From Schmidtea polychroa (Eukaryota): a stretch of DNA of 64,000 nt. Of the stretch, positions 1-64,000 are shown one piece after another. The stretch's first letter is position 1; every line of letters begins with the position of its first letter. Both the position numbers and the translations under genes were made by a program. The notes beneath the pieces were generated by a model. That model was not told the DNA's origin. It made no database searches and saw only the letters and a list, made by a program, of their open reading frames with translations. The DNA lies in assembly GCA_044892525.1 (NCBI GenBank), contig CM097885.1, positions 11,472,001-11,536,000 on the forward strand, written 5' to 3'.

Positions 1-34
1 TATTTTTATTATTTTTTATTATCAATTTTTATTA

Positions 35-98
<64 letters not shown>

Positions 99-136
99 AT
101 TATTATTTATTATAATTTATTATTATGATTATTTAA

Positions 137-171
<35 letters not shown>

Positions 172-453
172 TTTATTATTTTTTATTATCAATTTTTATT
201 ATTATTTATTATTATTATTATTTATAATTATTATTTATTATTATTATTATTATTATAATTATTATTATTATTATTTATTTATTTATTATTATTATTATTA
301 TTTATTATTATTACTATTATTAATTATTATTATTATTATCATCATTAATATTATTATTATTATTATTATTATTATTTTTATTATTTTTTATTATCAATTT
401 TTATTATTATTTATTATTATTATTTATTATAATTTATTATTATTATTATTTAA

Positions 454-529
<76 letters not shown>

Positions 530-696
530 TTTATTATTTTTTATTATCAATTTTTATTATTATTTATTATTATTTATTATTATTATTATTATTTTTATTA
601 TTATTATTTATTTATTTATTATTATTATTATTATTATTTATTATTATTACTATTATTATTATTTTTATTATTATTTATTATTATTATTATTCATAA

Positions 697-756
<60 letters not shown>
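1..756. repeat. (ATT)n tract switching to (AAT)n near 693
   Basis: Directly visible low-complexity trinucleotide repeat. Confidence 0.95.
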
Positions 757-828
757 TGAAATTGCGTTAAATAGGAGCGCGTTACATTGAAGTTCCACTG
801 TACTAGTAAGAATGAAAAAACTATTTAC

Positions 829-18587
<17,759 letters not shown>

Positions 18588-20580
18588 TTAGATCAAATTT
18601 TATTTATTAAAACTTGATTTAATAATTTATCTAATTATTTTAAATATTTCTATTTTAAATCAGTTTACTGTATTTAACTATAGCAGTATTATTTAAAACA
18701 AACTTTTAATTACTTAAAATAAAGAATATTTAACAGATTATAAATATTTTCAAAATATATAAATATTCCTGAAAAAGTTAATTATTAAAGAATTTGAAAT
18801 TTATTTAAAAGTATTTTAAAATATTATTAAACTAGAACTTTGGAAATTAAATGATAAAATAACTTATAATATGAAAATTATTTTATAAATCTGAAATTAA
18901 CATACAACATCATATCTAATAAAATTGGTATTATATTTGATAACTTGATGAAATAGAAATATTTGTTGTGAATTAAATTTGAAAAATTTATGAAAGAAAC
19001 GAGACGAATAAACAAATTGGTATTTAAATAAAAAATATTGATATTAAAATGAGAGCGAGGCCCAACTTTCAAGTGGCTTGACAGTACAGAGAAATTAAGT
19101 GAAAGAGATATTGACAAATGGAATTACTGAGTTTGTGAACTAACTTACAATCCCTTCACAACTGCTCAGGACACTATTTAACAAGACGACCTGTCAGGAT
19201 GATGGAACCGACAAAAGTTAAGCTCCATTTTCGAAATTACCAAGCCCTAACGTGGCTTGTGTTCACAGACAGCCGATAGAAATTATGTGTGAGTTCAAAA
19301 ATTTTATTGTTTTCCTTTAAGGATCTTTTTTTATTAACGATTACCTCAACACTTAATCTGCCTTGTTTATCATTCATGGCTTAAGAAGTAACATAAATTA
19401 ATTCTGCTACCAGTTAAGAAAAGTAGATCAAGAAATGAAATGAAATTTCATTTTAAATAGACCATAAAAGCAGTTCAAAAGGATCAGTTCAAAATTCTAT
19501 TTACCTCTATTTTAACTGACGTCCTTCACTTTGCACCATATTACATATCTAACTCATTATCTTCACCTTCTTTTATTGCATACAGCATATTCTCTGAAAG
19601 TGTTCAACTTTATACCTACTCTTACCACAACATGAAAGTTGGACTGGCGTTGAAGTGGTTTGATAATCTTACTGTGAGTATTGTTTTTTTGTTTCATCAT
19701 GATCTTGGACTGTCTCTTTGTAATTCGAAATCAATTTGAACCACATTATATCATCGTGTTTTACTACATTGCAATCGTTGTTCTTAATCACTAGTTTGAA
19801 TAATATTTGAACAAGGAGAGCCTTGATAGCACATGGTTTATTTTATACTTTTATTACTTAAACCTGAAGATAAATTTGAAAACATATCAAAAATAATTAT
19901 GTGTAATATGAATTAAAATAGACCTTACTCATATTTCAGTAGTAGAAATGGTGAAATGAATATTCTATATCTTTTTATCATTAAATTTAGGTATGTTGAA
20001 CAATATCGGTTAATTAAAACCTAATACTGATCATTCACCCCAATAACGACACCAAACGCGTAAAATCCAGTAATGGTTTTCTTTGGATAGACAGTAAAGA
20101 TATCCATTGTAATTTCAAATGGGGTTTTTTCTATCAATTTATTGTGGCACCTACAACCAGTTACAACTATTTAAAGGCAAGGATACACTGATTTCTATAT
20201 TATAGTGTCAAAAATTCTCAATTATTTTGTTTTATTGGATAAAAAATTTAATATTTAATTTTTTATTTAAAATTTCATTACAAGTGTATACCATGCTTGT
20301 GTTATAATCCACTGGCTTAGAAAGGTTTTAATATATATAATTTTTTATGGTATATCTTTTTCAATTTTAATACATAAAACAAATATATTTATAATAATAA
20401 AAGTAATTACAGAATAACGAAATCTTTTCAAAAAAAGTTTAAAAATTTACTTCATAAATTTTATTTATTTTTTATCAATTTTAGCTGAAAAAAAAGAATA
20501 CATAAAAATGCTGTTCATAATATAATGTCATTGACTGTAATTATAGTAAATGAAAAGAATAGTACCAAAGTGTTACATCA

Positions 20581-63821
<43,241 letters not shown>

Positions 63822-64000
63822 CTAAATCACCAAAAAAATTTTGAATCCAAATTATAAGGTTAATTATAAATCAGTTTGAAAATTTTACTATTTCATTGTT
63901 ATCTAAATACATAATTGTTTACTTAACAATGCATGGCTATAACGATATTTAAAGATTTACAATGAATACTAATTAATTATTAGTTATTGATTAACAAAAT

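Noticed and set aside
757..828. Final CFAP206 exon directly after 829
   Set aside because: It would need a 26-nt intron and runs into the microsatellite without similarity to the CFAP206 C-terminus.

Overview
Very AT-rich, intron-rich animal genomic DNA. The ~45-55 nt introns, long (AAT)n tracts and Penelope/Mariner/Gypsy debris suggest a planarian-like flatworm (inference only). Two host genes lie on the minus strand: CFAP206 (~829-18587) and the 3' part of hemicentin (20581 to beyond 63.8 kb). The main structure is a nested insertion inside a 21-kb hemicentin intron. A compact Ty3/Gypsy element (38215-57278) has identical 71-bp LTRs, a TTAAT TSD, a tRNA-Arg-type PBS and an A_AAA_AAC + H-type pseudoknot gag-pol frameshift signal. 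Its gag is split by a ~14.6-kb Polinton/Maverick (adintovirus-like endogenous dsDNA virus, 39089-53676) with ~0.9-kb TIRs. The Polinton encodes major capsid, a ZnF-PLA2-integrase fusion, packaging ATPase, an adenovirus pX-like protein, adenain protease, penton, a putative fiber, a YPxL/PSAP membrane protein and protein-primed PolB. Most novel-looking: each TIR carries an identical ~75-nt tRNA-like Pol III unit (A box, B box, T8 terminator; possible VA-RNA analogue) beside a ~370-nt highly foldable segment. Other features are minimal hammerhead ribozymes, two 28S rRNA fragments each between direct repeats, solo LTRs, MITEs and transposase remnants. Coordinates and alignments were read by eye.
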